Shown in pieces: positions 24,500-36,865 of a stretch of 64,000 bases of DNA. A program made the translations under genes and the position numbers. Source of the stretch: Macrostomum lignano (Eukaryota); the NCBI GenBank assembly GCA_002269645.1, contig NIVC01000168.1, forward strand, positions 310,001 to 374,000, in the 5' to 3' direction. The notes beneath the pieces are model-generated. The model saw nothing but the letters and a program-made list of their open reading frames with translations. It had not been told where the DNA came from and did no database searches. Every line of letters starts with the position of its first letter. The stretch's first letter is position 1.

Positions 24500-25900
24500 A
24501 TCTGTTAGACATCATGCGTTCACCTTATATATGATCGATGCCACCTGTTAGACATGATGAGTGCCAACTGTTAGACATGATTGGTGCCATCTGTTAGATG
24601 ATGAGTGCCACCTGTTAGACATGATTGGTGCCATCTGTTAGACATGATTGGTGCCATCTGTTAGACATGATTGGTGCCACCTGTTAGACATGATGAGTGC
24701 CACCTGTTAGACATGATGAGTGCCACCTGTTAGACATGATGAGTGCCACCTGTTAGACATGATTGGTGCCATCTGTTAGATGATGAGTGCCACCTGTTAG
24801 ATATGATGAGTGCCACCTGTTAAGACATGATTGGTGCCATCTGTTAGACATGATTGGTGCCATCTGTTAGATGATGAGTGCCACCTGTTAGATATGATGA
24901 GTGCCACCTGTTAAGACATGATTGGTGCCATCTGTTAGACATGATGAGTGCCACCTGTTAGATATGATGAGTGCCACCTGTTAGATATGATGAGTGCCAC
25001 CTGTTAGACATGATGAGTGCCACCTGTTAGACATGATTGGTGCCATCTGTTAGATGATGAGTGCCACCTGTTAAGACATGATTGGTGCCATCTGTTAGAC
25101 ATGATGAGTGCCACCTGTTAGATATGATGAGTGCCACCTGTTAGATATGATGAGTGCCATCTGTTAGATGATGAGTGCCACCTGTTAAGACATGATTGGT
25201 GCCATCTGTTAGACATGATGAGTGCCACCTGTTAGATATGATGAGTGCCACCTGTTAGATATGATGAGTGCCACCTGTTAGATATGATGAGTGCCACCTG
25301 TTGGACATGATTGGTGCCACCTGATAGTATAGACATGATGAGTGCCACCTGTTAGACATGATGAGTGCCACCTGTTAGACATGATGAGTGCCACCTGTTA
25401 GACATAATTAGTGCGACCTGTTAGTAGACATGATGAGTGCCACCTGTTAGACATAATTAGTGCGACCTGTTAGTAGACATGATGAGTGCCACCTGTTAGA
25501 CATGATGAGTGCCACCTGTTAGACATGATGAGTGCCACCTGTTAGATATGATGAGTGCCACCTCATGTTAGATATGATGAGTGCCACCTGTTAGACATGA
25601 TGAGTGCCACCTGTTAGACATGAGGAGTGCCACCTGTTAGATATGATGAGTGCCACCTCATGTTAGATATGATGAGTGCCACCTGTTAGATATGATGAGT
25701 GCCACCTGTTAGACATGATTGGTGCCACCTGATAGTATAGACATGATGAGTGCCACCTGTTAGACATAATTGGTGCCACCTGTTAGACATGATGAGTGCC
25801 AGCCTGTTAGACATGATGAGTGCCAGCCTAGACATGAGTTAGTCATCTGTTAGACAACTTAGATATGGTTTCACCTGTTAGACATGAGGTGTCACCTGCT
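24500..25900. repeat. 23-bp minisatellite downstream of ANKAR
   Basis: (gacatgatgagtgccacctgtta)n. It shares the core GAGTG..CACCTGTTAGA with the 18060-19540 array. Confidence 0.95.
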
Positions 25901-26559
25901 TAGGAAGAAGTTGAGATGTAAGAAAGATCTATCTGTAATTGACAAAGAAGTTGTACAGCACCTTACCTGAACGAATTTACATGTACAATTTAAGCCTATA
26001 AATTAATCCACTAGCACTACAAGAGTACAAATGAAAACTGTATGAATCACCGCAAAACTACAACAGAATCCTGTAAAATTTGAGGCAAGCCAAAGGTACA
26101 AGCTATAAGTACAAATATGTATTGCTAAAACTGATTTTGTCTTCGAAGTCTGACATTCGAATTAATTTTTTGTAAGTAAAACAAGTTTTTCTGAGTACTT
26201 TATGAATACTTTCTCTTTATTTTTAGTGTACTTTACTGATAACCAGCTGCTGATAAATTATTGAATTTCACTTTAACATCATTCGAACCTATATTACTCG
26301 CATGTAATAACATTCACCTCTTTGTGTAAGTCTACTATAAGATAATTTTTCCGTATTATTGGCCTGTATATGCTTCAAAAATATCTACCCATGACACGTG
26401 CTTAAAACAAATATCCTTTAACTTTTGCGTAAAAATATATAAACGCGATATCCCGATAGAAATAATTTAATTTACTTTTATTTTATATAAAGATCTTCCC
26501 AGAAAACTTATTGATCAAATTTGCGTTCTTCGGCTAATTAAACCAAATTAACTAACGTC

Positions 26560-29500
26560 ACACTCAATGAACCAATCAGAGAACAGCAGTTCTTAATCCA
26601 ACTGAGGAACCAATCAGAGAACAGCAGTTCTCAATCCAACTGAGGAACCAATCAGAGAACAGCAGTTCTCAATCCAACTGACCAATCAGAGAACAGTAGT
26701 TCTCAATCCAACTGACCAATCAGAGAACAGCAGTTCTCAATCCAACTGACCAATCAGAGAACAGTAGTTCTCAATCCAACTGACCAATCAGAGAACAGCA
26801 GTTCTCAATCCAACTGACCAATCAGAGAACAGCAGTTCTCAATCCAACTGACCAATCAGAGAACAGCAGTTCTCAATCCAACTGACCAATCAGAGAACAG
26901 CAGTTCTCAATCCAACTGACCAATCAGAGAACAGCAGTTCTCAATCCAACTGAGGAACCAATCAGAGAACAGCAGTTCTCAATCCAACAGACCAAGCAGA
27001 GAACAGCAGTTCTCAATCCAACAGACCAAGCAGAGAACAGCAGTTCTCAATCCAACTGACCAATCAGAGAACAGCAGTTCTCAATCCAACAGACCAAGCA
27101 GAGAACAGCAGTTCTCAATCCAACTGACCAATCAGAGAACAGCAGTTCTCAATCCAACTGACCAATCAGAGAACAGCAGTTCTCAATCCAACTGACCAAT
27201 CAGAGAACAGCAGTTCTCAATCCAACTGAGGAACGAATCAGAGAACAGCAGTTCTCAATCCAACAGACCAAGCAGAGAACAGCAGTTCTCAATCCAACTG
27301 ACCAATCAGAGAACAGCAGTTCTCAATCCAACTGACCAATCAGAGAACAGCAGTTCTCAATCCAACTGACCAATCAGAGAACAGCAGTTCTCAATCCAAC
27401 TGAGGAACCAATCAGAGAACAGCAGTTCTCAATCCAACTGACCAATCAGAGAACAGCAGTTCTCAATCCAACAGACCAAGCAGAGAACAGCAGTTCTCAA
27501 TTCAACAGACCAAGCAGAGAACAGCAGTTCTCAATCCAACTGACCAATCAGAGAACAGCAGTTCTCAATCCAACTGACCAATCAGAGAACAGCAGTTCTA
27601 AATCCAACTGAGGAACCAATCAGAGAACAGCAGTTCTCAATCCAACAGACCAAGCAGAGAACAGTAGTTCTCAATTCAACAGACCAAGCAGAGAACAGCA
27701 GTTCTCAATCCAACAGACCAATCAGAGAACAGCAGTTCTCAATCCAACTGAGGAACCAATCAGAGAACAGCAGTTCTCAATCCAACAGACCAAGCAGAGA
27801 ACAGCAGTTCTCAATCCAACTGACCAATCAGAGAACAGCAGTTCTCAATCCAACTGACCAATCAGAGAACAGCAGTTCTCAATCCAACTGACCAATCAGA
27901 GAACAGCAGTTCTCAATCCAACAGACCAATCAGAGAACAGCAGTTCTCAATCCAACTGAGGAACCAATCAGAGAACAGCAGTTCTCAATCCAACTGACCA
28001 ATCAGAGAACAGCAGTTCTCAATCCAACTGAGGAACCAATCAGAGAACAGCAGTTCTCAATCCAACTGACCAATCAGAGAACAGCAGTTCTCAATCCAAC
28101 TGACCAATCAGAGAACAGCAGTTCTCAATCCAACTGACCAATCAGAGAACAGCAGTTCTCAATCCAACAGACCAATCAGAGAACAGCAGTTCTCAATCCA
28201 ACTGAGGAACCAATCAGAGAACAGCAGTTCTCAATCCAACTGACCAATCAGAGAACAGCAGTTCTCAATCCAACTGAGGAACCAATCAGAGAACAGCAGT
28301 TCTCAATCCAACTGACCAATCAGAGAACAGCAGTTCTCAATCCAACTGACCAATCAGAGAACAGCAGTTCTCAATCCAACAGACCAATCAGAGAACAGCA
28401 GTTCTCAATCCAACTGACCAATCAGAGAACAGCAGTTCTCAATCCAACTGACCAATCAGAGAACAGCAGTTCTCAATCCAACAGACCAATCAGAGAACAG
28501 CAGTTCTCAATCCAACTGAGGAACCAATCAGAGAACAGCAGTTCTCAATCCAACTGACCAATCAGAGAACAGCAGTTCTCAATCCAACTGAGGAACCAAT
28601 CAGAGAACAGCAGTTCTCAATCCAACTGACCAATCAGAGAACAGCAGTTCTCAATCCAACTGACCAATCAGAGAACAGCAGTTCTCAATCCAACTGACCA
28701 ATCAGAGAACAGCAGTTCTCAATCCAACAGACCAATCAGAGAACAGCAGTTCTCAATCCAACTGAGGAACCAATCAGAGAACAGCAGTTCTCAATCCAAC
28801 TGACCAATCAGAGAACAGCAGTTCTCAATCCAACTGAGGAACCAATCAGAGAACAGCAGTTCTCAATCCAACTGACCAATCAGAGAACAGCAGTTCTCAA
28901 TCCAACTGACCAATCAGAGAACAGCAGTTCTCAATCCAACTGACCAATCAGAGAACAGCAGTTCTCAATCCAACTGACCAATCAGAGAACAGCAGTTCTC
29001 AATCCAACTGACCAATCAGAGAACAGCAGTTCTCAATCCAACTGAGGAACCAATCAGAGAACAGCAGTTCTCAATCCAACAGACCAAGCAGAGAACAGTA
29101 GTTCTCAATTCAACAGACCAATCAGAGAACAGCAGTTCTCAATCCAACAGACCAAGCAGAGAACAGTAGTTCTCAATTCAACAGACCAAGCAGAGAACAG
29201 CAGTTCTCAATCCAACTGACCAAGCAGAGAACAGCAGTTCTCAATCCAACTGAGGAACCAATCAGAGAACAGCAGTTCTCAATCCAACTGACCAAACAGA
29301 GAACAGCAGTTCTCAATCCAACTGACCAATCAGAGAACAGCAGTTCTCAATCCAACTGAGGAACCAATCAGAGAACAGCAGTTCTCAATCCAACAGACCA
29401 AGCAGAGAACAGTAGTTCTCAATTCAACAGACCAATCAGAGAACAGCAGTTCTCAATCCAACAGACCAAGCAGAGAACAGTAGTTCTCAATTCAACAGAC

Positions 29501-30000
29501 CAAGCAGAGAACAGCAGTTCTCAATCCAACTGACCAAGCAGAGAACAGCAGTTCTCAATCCAACTGAGGAACCAATCAGAGAACAGCAGTTCTCAATCCA
29601 ACTGACCAAACAGAGAACAGCAGTTCTCAATCCAACTGACCAATCAGAGAACAGCAGTTCTCAATCCAACTGACCAATCGGAGAACAGCAGTTCTCAATC
29701 CAACAGACCAAGCAGAGAACAGTAGTTCTCAATTCAACATACCAAGCAGAGAACAGCAGTTCTCAATCCAACAGACCAAGCAGAGAACAGTAGTTCTCAA
29801 TTCAACAGACCAAGCAGAGAACAGCAGTTCTCAATCCAACTGACCAAGCAGAGAACAGCAGTTCTCAATCCAACTGAGGAACCAATCAGAGAACAGCAGT
29901 TCTCAATCCAACTGACCAATCGGAGAACAGCAGTTCTCAATCCAACTGACCAATCAGAGAACAGCAGTTCTCAATCCAACAGACCAAGCAGAGAACTGTC
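26560..30000. repeat. 34/38-bp satellite, about 100 copies, between convergent ANKAR and ARPC4
   Basis: (accaatcagagaacagcagttctcaatccaactg)n with gagga-insertion and agcaga variants arranged in higher-order blocks. Confidence 0.97.
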
Positions 30001-30801
30001 CTCTTAAATCATAAAAGTCCTTGTAGTACTGCTAAAGAACAAAGTCAACGCGTGAACCCGACGTAGATTTATTAAAAATTTCTTGCCTAAAAGTAGAATG
30101 GAATTACAAGGATTTAGTGCCGAAGGTATAAATATCTAGCGTATTTTTATTGAGTGTACTTTACAATTACATAATTAGCACACAATCTTCTCGCAATCAC
30201 TAAGCATTATAGATTAGTTGTTATTGTCATGTGATTACAGGATTAAATTGATAGGTGAAAATTGTCAGCCAATCTTTTTTCAAATCCGCTTATTCAAGTT
30301 AACGATACTTAAATAACACTTTTGTACTATATATAAATCATCTTGAATATGCACATAATAAACAGATTAAGCAAAGTTGACATAATATAGATTATCATAA
30401 AAACAAATTTTAATAATGACAGCCATTAAAAAGAAACTCATCGGGAGTAGGTACTCAACAAGATAACACCATGATTAATATTTCCGATTTAAAAAAAAGT
30501 CAGAAATTGATTTTTGCATGCACTACTGAGATAAGTAAGTAGTGTGTGTGGGTTAGTAAGTATAGTGGATATTAAGCGGGAAATGAATCAACAGGTTGGA
30601 GCCAATTATTAAATTCAATTAAAAATGAATAATAAAACCAAATTTGAACTGACACTGAATAAGCGAGAGCCTCATAAATTTCAACAATAGCTCGTGAGCA
30701 GCGCAACAAAGACACTATATTGTTAGTAATCTTACTTCAATAAAAAGCACACAAAAAGACCATCGTCAAAAGGAGATATTTCTGACCTCGGGTAAATGAA
30801 A

Positions 30802-32977
30802 TCAGGAAAACGATTTCAGAAACTCTTTGGCGCACTGCCTAGCGCGGCTGTTGATAGCCAGCCGCATCTCTGAGATCTCCCTGTCGATCTCTTCCATGAA
30901 GGTGATGACAAAGTCAACTAATTTGTGCTTGTACATGGCCTCCGTGTGAAAGTTGGTGATTAGGAAGCTCACGTCGTAGCCCTGACAACAGGTGCGCAAA
31001 ATCAGAGGTAGAAAGTTGAAGTCTCACCAATGGGAGAAGAAGAATCTCACCCTGAGAATTCAGTCTCTCTAGAAGAATCACACCCCTGAGAACCCAGTCT
31101 CTTTAGAAGAATCTCACCTCTGAGAACCCAGTCACTCTAGAAGAATCTCACCCCTGAAAACCCAGTATCTACAAGAATCTCACCCCTAAGAATTCAGTCT
31201 CTCCAAAATAATCTCACCCCTGATAATTCAGTCTCTCCAAAAGAATCTCACTCCTGAGAATTCAGTCTCTCCAAAAGAATCTCACCCCTAAGAATTCAGT
31301 CTCTCCAAAAGAATCTCACCCTTGAGAACCCAGTATCTACAAGAATCTCACCCCTAAGAATTCAGTCTCTCCAAAAGAATCTCACCCTTGAGAACCCAGT
31401 ATCTACAAGAATCTCACCCCTAAGAATTCAGTCTCTCCAAAATAATCTCACCCCTGATAATTCAGTCTCTCCAAAAGAATCTCACTCCTGAGAATTCAGT
31501 CTCTCCAAAAGAATCTCACCCCTAAGAATTCAGTCTCTCCAAAAGAATCTCACCCTTGAGAACCCAGTATCTACAAGAATCTTACCCCTAAGAATTCAGT
31601 CTCTCCAAAAGAATCTCACCCTTGAGAACCCAGTATCTACAAGAATCTCACCCCTAAGAATTCAGTCTCTCCAAAAAATCTCACCCCTGATAATTCAGTC
31701 TCTCCAAAAGAATCTCACCCCTGAGAATTCAGTCTCTCCAAAAGAATCTCACCCTTGAGAATTCTGTCTCTCTAGAAGAATCTCACCCATGAGAAACCCA
31801 GTATCTGGAAGAATCACCATTGAGAACCCAGTATCTATAAGAATCTCACCTTGAGAATTCAGTTTCTCTAGAAGAATCTAACCCCTGAGAATTCTGCCTC
31901 TCTAGAAGAATCTCACCCCTGAGAAACCCAGTATCTAGAAGAATCTCACCCATGAGAAACCCAGTATCTAGAAGAATCACCATTGAGAACCCAGTATCTA
32001 GAAGAATCTCACCCTGAGAATTCAGTTTCTCTAGAAGAATCTAACCCCTGAGAATTCTGCCTCTCTAGAAGAATCTCACCCCTGAGAAACCCAGTATCTA
32101 GAAGAATCTCACCCATGAGAAACCCAGTATCTAGAAGAATCACCATTGAGAACCCAGTATCTAGAAGAATCTCACCCTTGAGAACCCAGTATCTACAAGA
32201 ATCCCACACCGAAGAATTCAGTCTCTCCAGAAGAATCTCACCCCGAAGAATTCAGTCTCTCCAGATGAATCTCACCCTTGAGAACCCAGTATCTAGAAGA
32301 ATCTCACCCCTGAGAATTCAGTTTCTCTAGAAGAATCTAACCCCTGAGAAACCAGTATCTAGAAGAATCTAACCCCTGAGAAACCAGTATCTAGAAGAAT
32401 CTAACCCCTGAGAAACCAGTATCTAGAAGAATCTAACCCCTGAGAAACCAGTATCTAGAAGAATCTCACCCATGAGAAACCCAGTATCTAGAAGAATCTC
32501 ACCCCTGAGAACTCGGGTCACTCTTCAAGCAAAATGAAAACCCACCTCAACTGGCTGTCGCCTCAACACAACGAAGTCCTCAGCTCGCATAGTCATAAAT
32601 TTGGTGAATTTATGACAGAGCATCTTCTCAATATCATCGGCCTGCTTAATGACAATGCTGATTCGGACGGAATTAACTGACGCTTCAATTAATACTCGTT
32701 CGCGTTCGTTTCGACTGACAACTACGGGAGCCAATAGGAGCTCTTTGCTGCTTCTAAAAGAAGATTAACAAGAGAGGGTTAATTACAAGTAGTTTTTGAA
32801 CGATATCTAAAACTGGCCAGATGCTCTGAAAGTAAGTAACAGACAAATGAAGAATATCACTAACTTAGTTTCAACCTCTGGCTTATTGTGCCTTTCAACA
32901 ACTTGAGAACTGAAATTCTCCAGGCACAATGCTGCAGTGAGGGTGCTGCGCACAGCAGCTAGGTACGGTTTCAGCGC
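30802..32977 (-). CDS. ARPC4: Arp2/3 complex subunit 4 (p20-Arc); exons 32865-32977, 32546-32753, 30802-30981; tiny first coding exon not located
   Basis: The spliced product [71 protein letters not shown]...[30 protein letters not shown]...[16 protein letters not shown] is clearly ARPC4. All junctions are GT-AG and phase-consistent. Confidence 0.96.
31020..32520. repeat. 31-33-bp minisatellite in an ARPC4 intron
   Basis: (gaagaatctcacccctgagaattcagtctctcta / ...aacccagtatcta)n. Confidence 0.92.
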
Positions 32978-35900
32978 CTGAAATATTCAATCATAAAACA
33001 TATACTGTAAATAATTTTAAACAAACTATAGAAAATTGGCAAGCTATTTTATTTTAAGATTTGGTTACATAAGTCTATTCAACCCACAGAAGAAATCATA
33101 TATACAGATGATAAAATTGGACACTTGACAAAAGTCTAAAAATCCCAAGGATTCCAATACTTATTAATTAAACTTCAAATAAAAAAATGCTTTCTTAAAG
33201 AAAATATACAGCTCAAACTGCAAATTCTGGCTAATACTAAATAGGTTGGTGTATGATCAATATACACTATGACACAAAATGACTACACACTCATTATAAT
33301 GGTATTATAATTTATAGTATAGTCCCTTTGCTTTTTGGTAGCCCAGTTTGTTTTTTTAGCATACAGATAATAAATGATGTCTAAATAAAAAACTAGTATA
33401 AAAATAAATGCTCTATAATACTTATATTGTAACTAATAATCTAACAAAAGAATTATTTATTTTGTTAAGCTAAGACTCTAAATTGAATTTTGAAACACCT
33501 CACTCTTGATTTAAATAATTTCTTAGGCTATACTATACACAAAGGCTAAATAAATTAATCTTGTCAATCTTATTTATGCTATATTTATATTAGGCTAATA
33601 AGAAATAACTGTTAAAATGTTATATTGAATTCATTTATTCACTAATCATTAATAGGCTTTACCATATATACTTACTATAAGCCAGCTATGTAGTGCCCCA
33701 CAAGATTGTAGTGCAATCTAGTACCCTCCTTCAGGATGCCCAAAAGGTAAGGAGCAAAAATTATTCATGGAAAACAATAAAAAGCACATTTTCTTAAGAA
33801 CCAACAAATTCCTTCTTTTTGGTTTTATAAATCACCTAATTTGAGTAAAATTGTCTTGGACAAAGATATTTGCTATGAATCTGTTTTTTCTAAAAGTAAC
33901 AAAAAGACAAGAAAATAAAGCCTTCATAAAGATAATAGGCATTCCTCCTAAATAGAACACATCTCAAGATAAAAAGCATCCCCCTAGATAGCAAGCATCT
34001 TGCAGATAGCAAACATCCCCCCTGATAACAAGCATATTGCAGATAACAAGCATCCCTAAATGGCAAACATCCCTAAATAGAAAGAATCCCATATATATAG
34101 ATACATGTGATAGTATCCCCCTCACCCAAATACTGACAAATAGCAAATACCCCACCCCCCCCCCTCAAGAGCAAGCATCCCCCAATAGTAAGCAACCACC
34201 AGACAGCAAGTAGCTAGGGCCTAGTGCAAATATTTCCTCCACTAATGCAATAATTGCTTTCTTAGGTTGTGCAATAATCCATGTCTTAGCTAGTGCAATA
34301 ATCTTTTAGCTTATCAAAAAAATAATCCTTGGTTTATCAAATGCAATAATCCATCTCTTAGCTAGTGCAATAATCTCTTAGCTTACCAAAAAAATAATCC
34401 TTGGTTTATCAAGTGCGATAATCTTTGGCTTATAAGTAAAATAATTCTTGGCTTATCAAGTACAATCTCCATGTCTTTTAAATTAGTCTTTTAATAAAAG
34501 CTTTAAAAAACTAAGATTCAAACCTATGTTGCTGCATTGGCAGTTTAGTCAGTTCATATCTAGGCTAGCTCTCATCAAATTTAAAAAATGAATTTGTAGC
34601 ACTTATAAAATTCAACACTCATACCAAGTCAGTTAGAGAAAAAGTTGTATAAATTAGTTATACATAATCAATTTCTCAGTCAGTCCAGTTTCAGTTTCAA
34701 GTAAAGTTGACAATGTGGTTATACAATCTAAATCAATTCTTGTGCTTTGCTTCCACACTATGTTTTCAATACTGTGATACAATTCAAGCCAGATTACAAT
34801 TCAGTCATGATCTATTTTAGAATCAGAATTCAACTAGTAAGTTTTTTCTAGCATTCTTATAACGCATTTCAAGTCAAAAGAGCTGCTTGACCTTTGAAAA
34901 AAGCATGTTTTTTGAATATATAATGCCTTTAGCATTGGCCATTGAACAATCTCTTATCCACAATGCATGTACTATTACAGAAAATTTTCTGATTGAATGG
35001 TACTAAGTTTTTAAAAAGAATATTGGTTAAGCAATTTTTTTGAAATCAATTATACACCAACAAACCATTTTTAGTATATGGAATAATGCATAATGCAATA
35101 ATGCAAGATAAAAAAAAACATATTAGCTTATAAAATGGAGACGTAGGTAATTTATAAAATTTTAGGTCTTGGTCTACAAACAACTAGTCTAGGCCTACAA
35201 TAGACTAGGGCCTAGAATAGTCTATAGTGCGCCTAGGCCATACATGCGCAACTGCTAGCCAACCTGGCCGATCTGGCCACCATAAATTGTGGCTGACCAG
35301 GGATACTGGGAGAATGATAAGATGAGAGAGTAGAGTGGAATGGAGAGACGAGAGGAGAGATAAGAATGTAGAGAGGAGACAGAAGAGATAGGAGAGGAGA
35401 GGAAAGAGAGGAGAGAGGAGAGGAAAGAAAGAAGGGATAAGGGATGAGAGAGAAAAGAAAAAGAGGATGAGAAGATTGAGGAATGGAGAGAATTTGCAAA
35501 GGCCTCAAATCTTAGTTTAACATGCATTACTCCCATCTTTGCCTTTTTCCTAACTGTTAACAAGTTTTTGTTTGAGCATGACTTCAAATTTAGAATCTAT
35601 GCAAAAATAGTTCCGGGAATTAGAATTCAGTGGTTTAAAAATCTGTGGGTTTTCACAGCTTGTATCTCTACTGGATTCGTATTCTGCATCTGATGAGCCA
35701 TCTGAATCAGGGCTCTCATCTTCCATGCCAAATCGTCTAGCAAATCATTCTTGAGCTATAGGTCACACTGTATTCACTTCACTTACTTCTGGACATTCAT
35801 GAATCATGACTTTTGTAGTATGCTCACTACACTGTACTGACAATTTACTAATTGCTTCATGCCGCCACTAGATGACACTGATTAGCTGTTTTAAAAACGC

Positions 35901-36184
35901 GGAATCTGCATGCAGCACTAATTAGCTGGCGAGGCATTTAGCTTTATAAATATAGTCATAGTTACTCCTGCCGTTTACCTAAAGTTTTTGCTTGGCTCTT
36001 TCATAGGTAAGTCGCATTTTTTATCGAAAACTAAGTCACACGGCCAGCGTAATTTCAGAAGTTGCGCATGTATGGCCTAGGCTACATTATAGACTTAGTA
36101 AAGGTCCCATGACTTGCAAAGATATATACAAGAAGCAAATTGGAATAAAGAATTAGGATTTTTAACAAACGAAGAACTCTATAA

Positions 36185-36865
36185 CCCTATTGGAATAAGT
36201 TGACAAAACGCGGACAACCGTCCGTCGCATTTTCGGATTCTCCTGGTGTTGCGTCGCGCGACAGTGGTGACTGTGGTGTCAAGTGGTGTGTCGCGTTGTG
36301 CAACACTGGAAACCTGGTGTCGTCATGTGTCGCATCGCAGCCTGGACCTGTAGCCAAAACCTTGCAAACTGTGTTTCATTGTAATATGTTCACGGTTGTT
36401 TCTCGGTATTTAAATGTTTCAAACATGTTTGATAATAAGTAGTTCTTGAATTGTTCTTTTTTATTTTGATGGTAAAGTAACTAATACTTCAAATATAATT
36501 TTTAGAAATGTTACTTGTTAGTTACAATGCGTGTGCTGTTTTTCTAAGTGTTGTACCTTTGTTGTTAATTACTGTTTATTGTTCTTAAATTTCTTTTCTT
36601 TTTCCACGAAATTGAAAGGAATACTCTCGTCCCTTGCCCCATGGTCTCGGTGTCAGGAGTGAATGGCAGAACGAGAATTGTCAATTGCAATGTGGCTGCT
36701 GTGGCATCCTCCCCCCCCCGGTCATTCGGTCAACAGACATTGGTGTTGCATCGCGCGTTGCCACCCCCCAGTCAACAAAATTTGGTGTCACGTCGCGCTT
36801 TTGAGGGCAAAATTTTGGCACCCATGTCGCATGTCCGCAGGTTTTTGAAACTTATTCCAATAGGG
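36185..36865. mobile_element. Non-autonomous DNA element (MITE) with 8-bp TSD
   Basis: TIR CCCTATTGGAATAAGTT at 36185 and its reverse complement ending at 36865, with partial IR extension (..aaaac..gcggaca). Exact TSD CTCTATAA at 36177-36184 and 36866-36873. Confidence 0.8.

Noticed and set aside
26560-30000. CRISPR-like or steroid-receptor-element appearance of the 34-bp palindromic repeat
   Set aside because: There are no unique spacers and no cas genes, and the context is eukaryotic. AGAACA-gc-AGTTCT has the wrong spacing and half-site for a GRE, and the wrong spacing for a heat-shock element.
35219-36094. ~35-bp inverted repeat pair (gcctaggccatacatgcgcaac) enclosing an acidic coding-like fragment (MEDESPDSDGSSDAEYESS on the - strand)
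   Set aside because: There is no TSD and no continuous ORF or recognisable transposase motif. It could be a decayed element, but that is unsupported.
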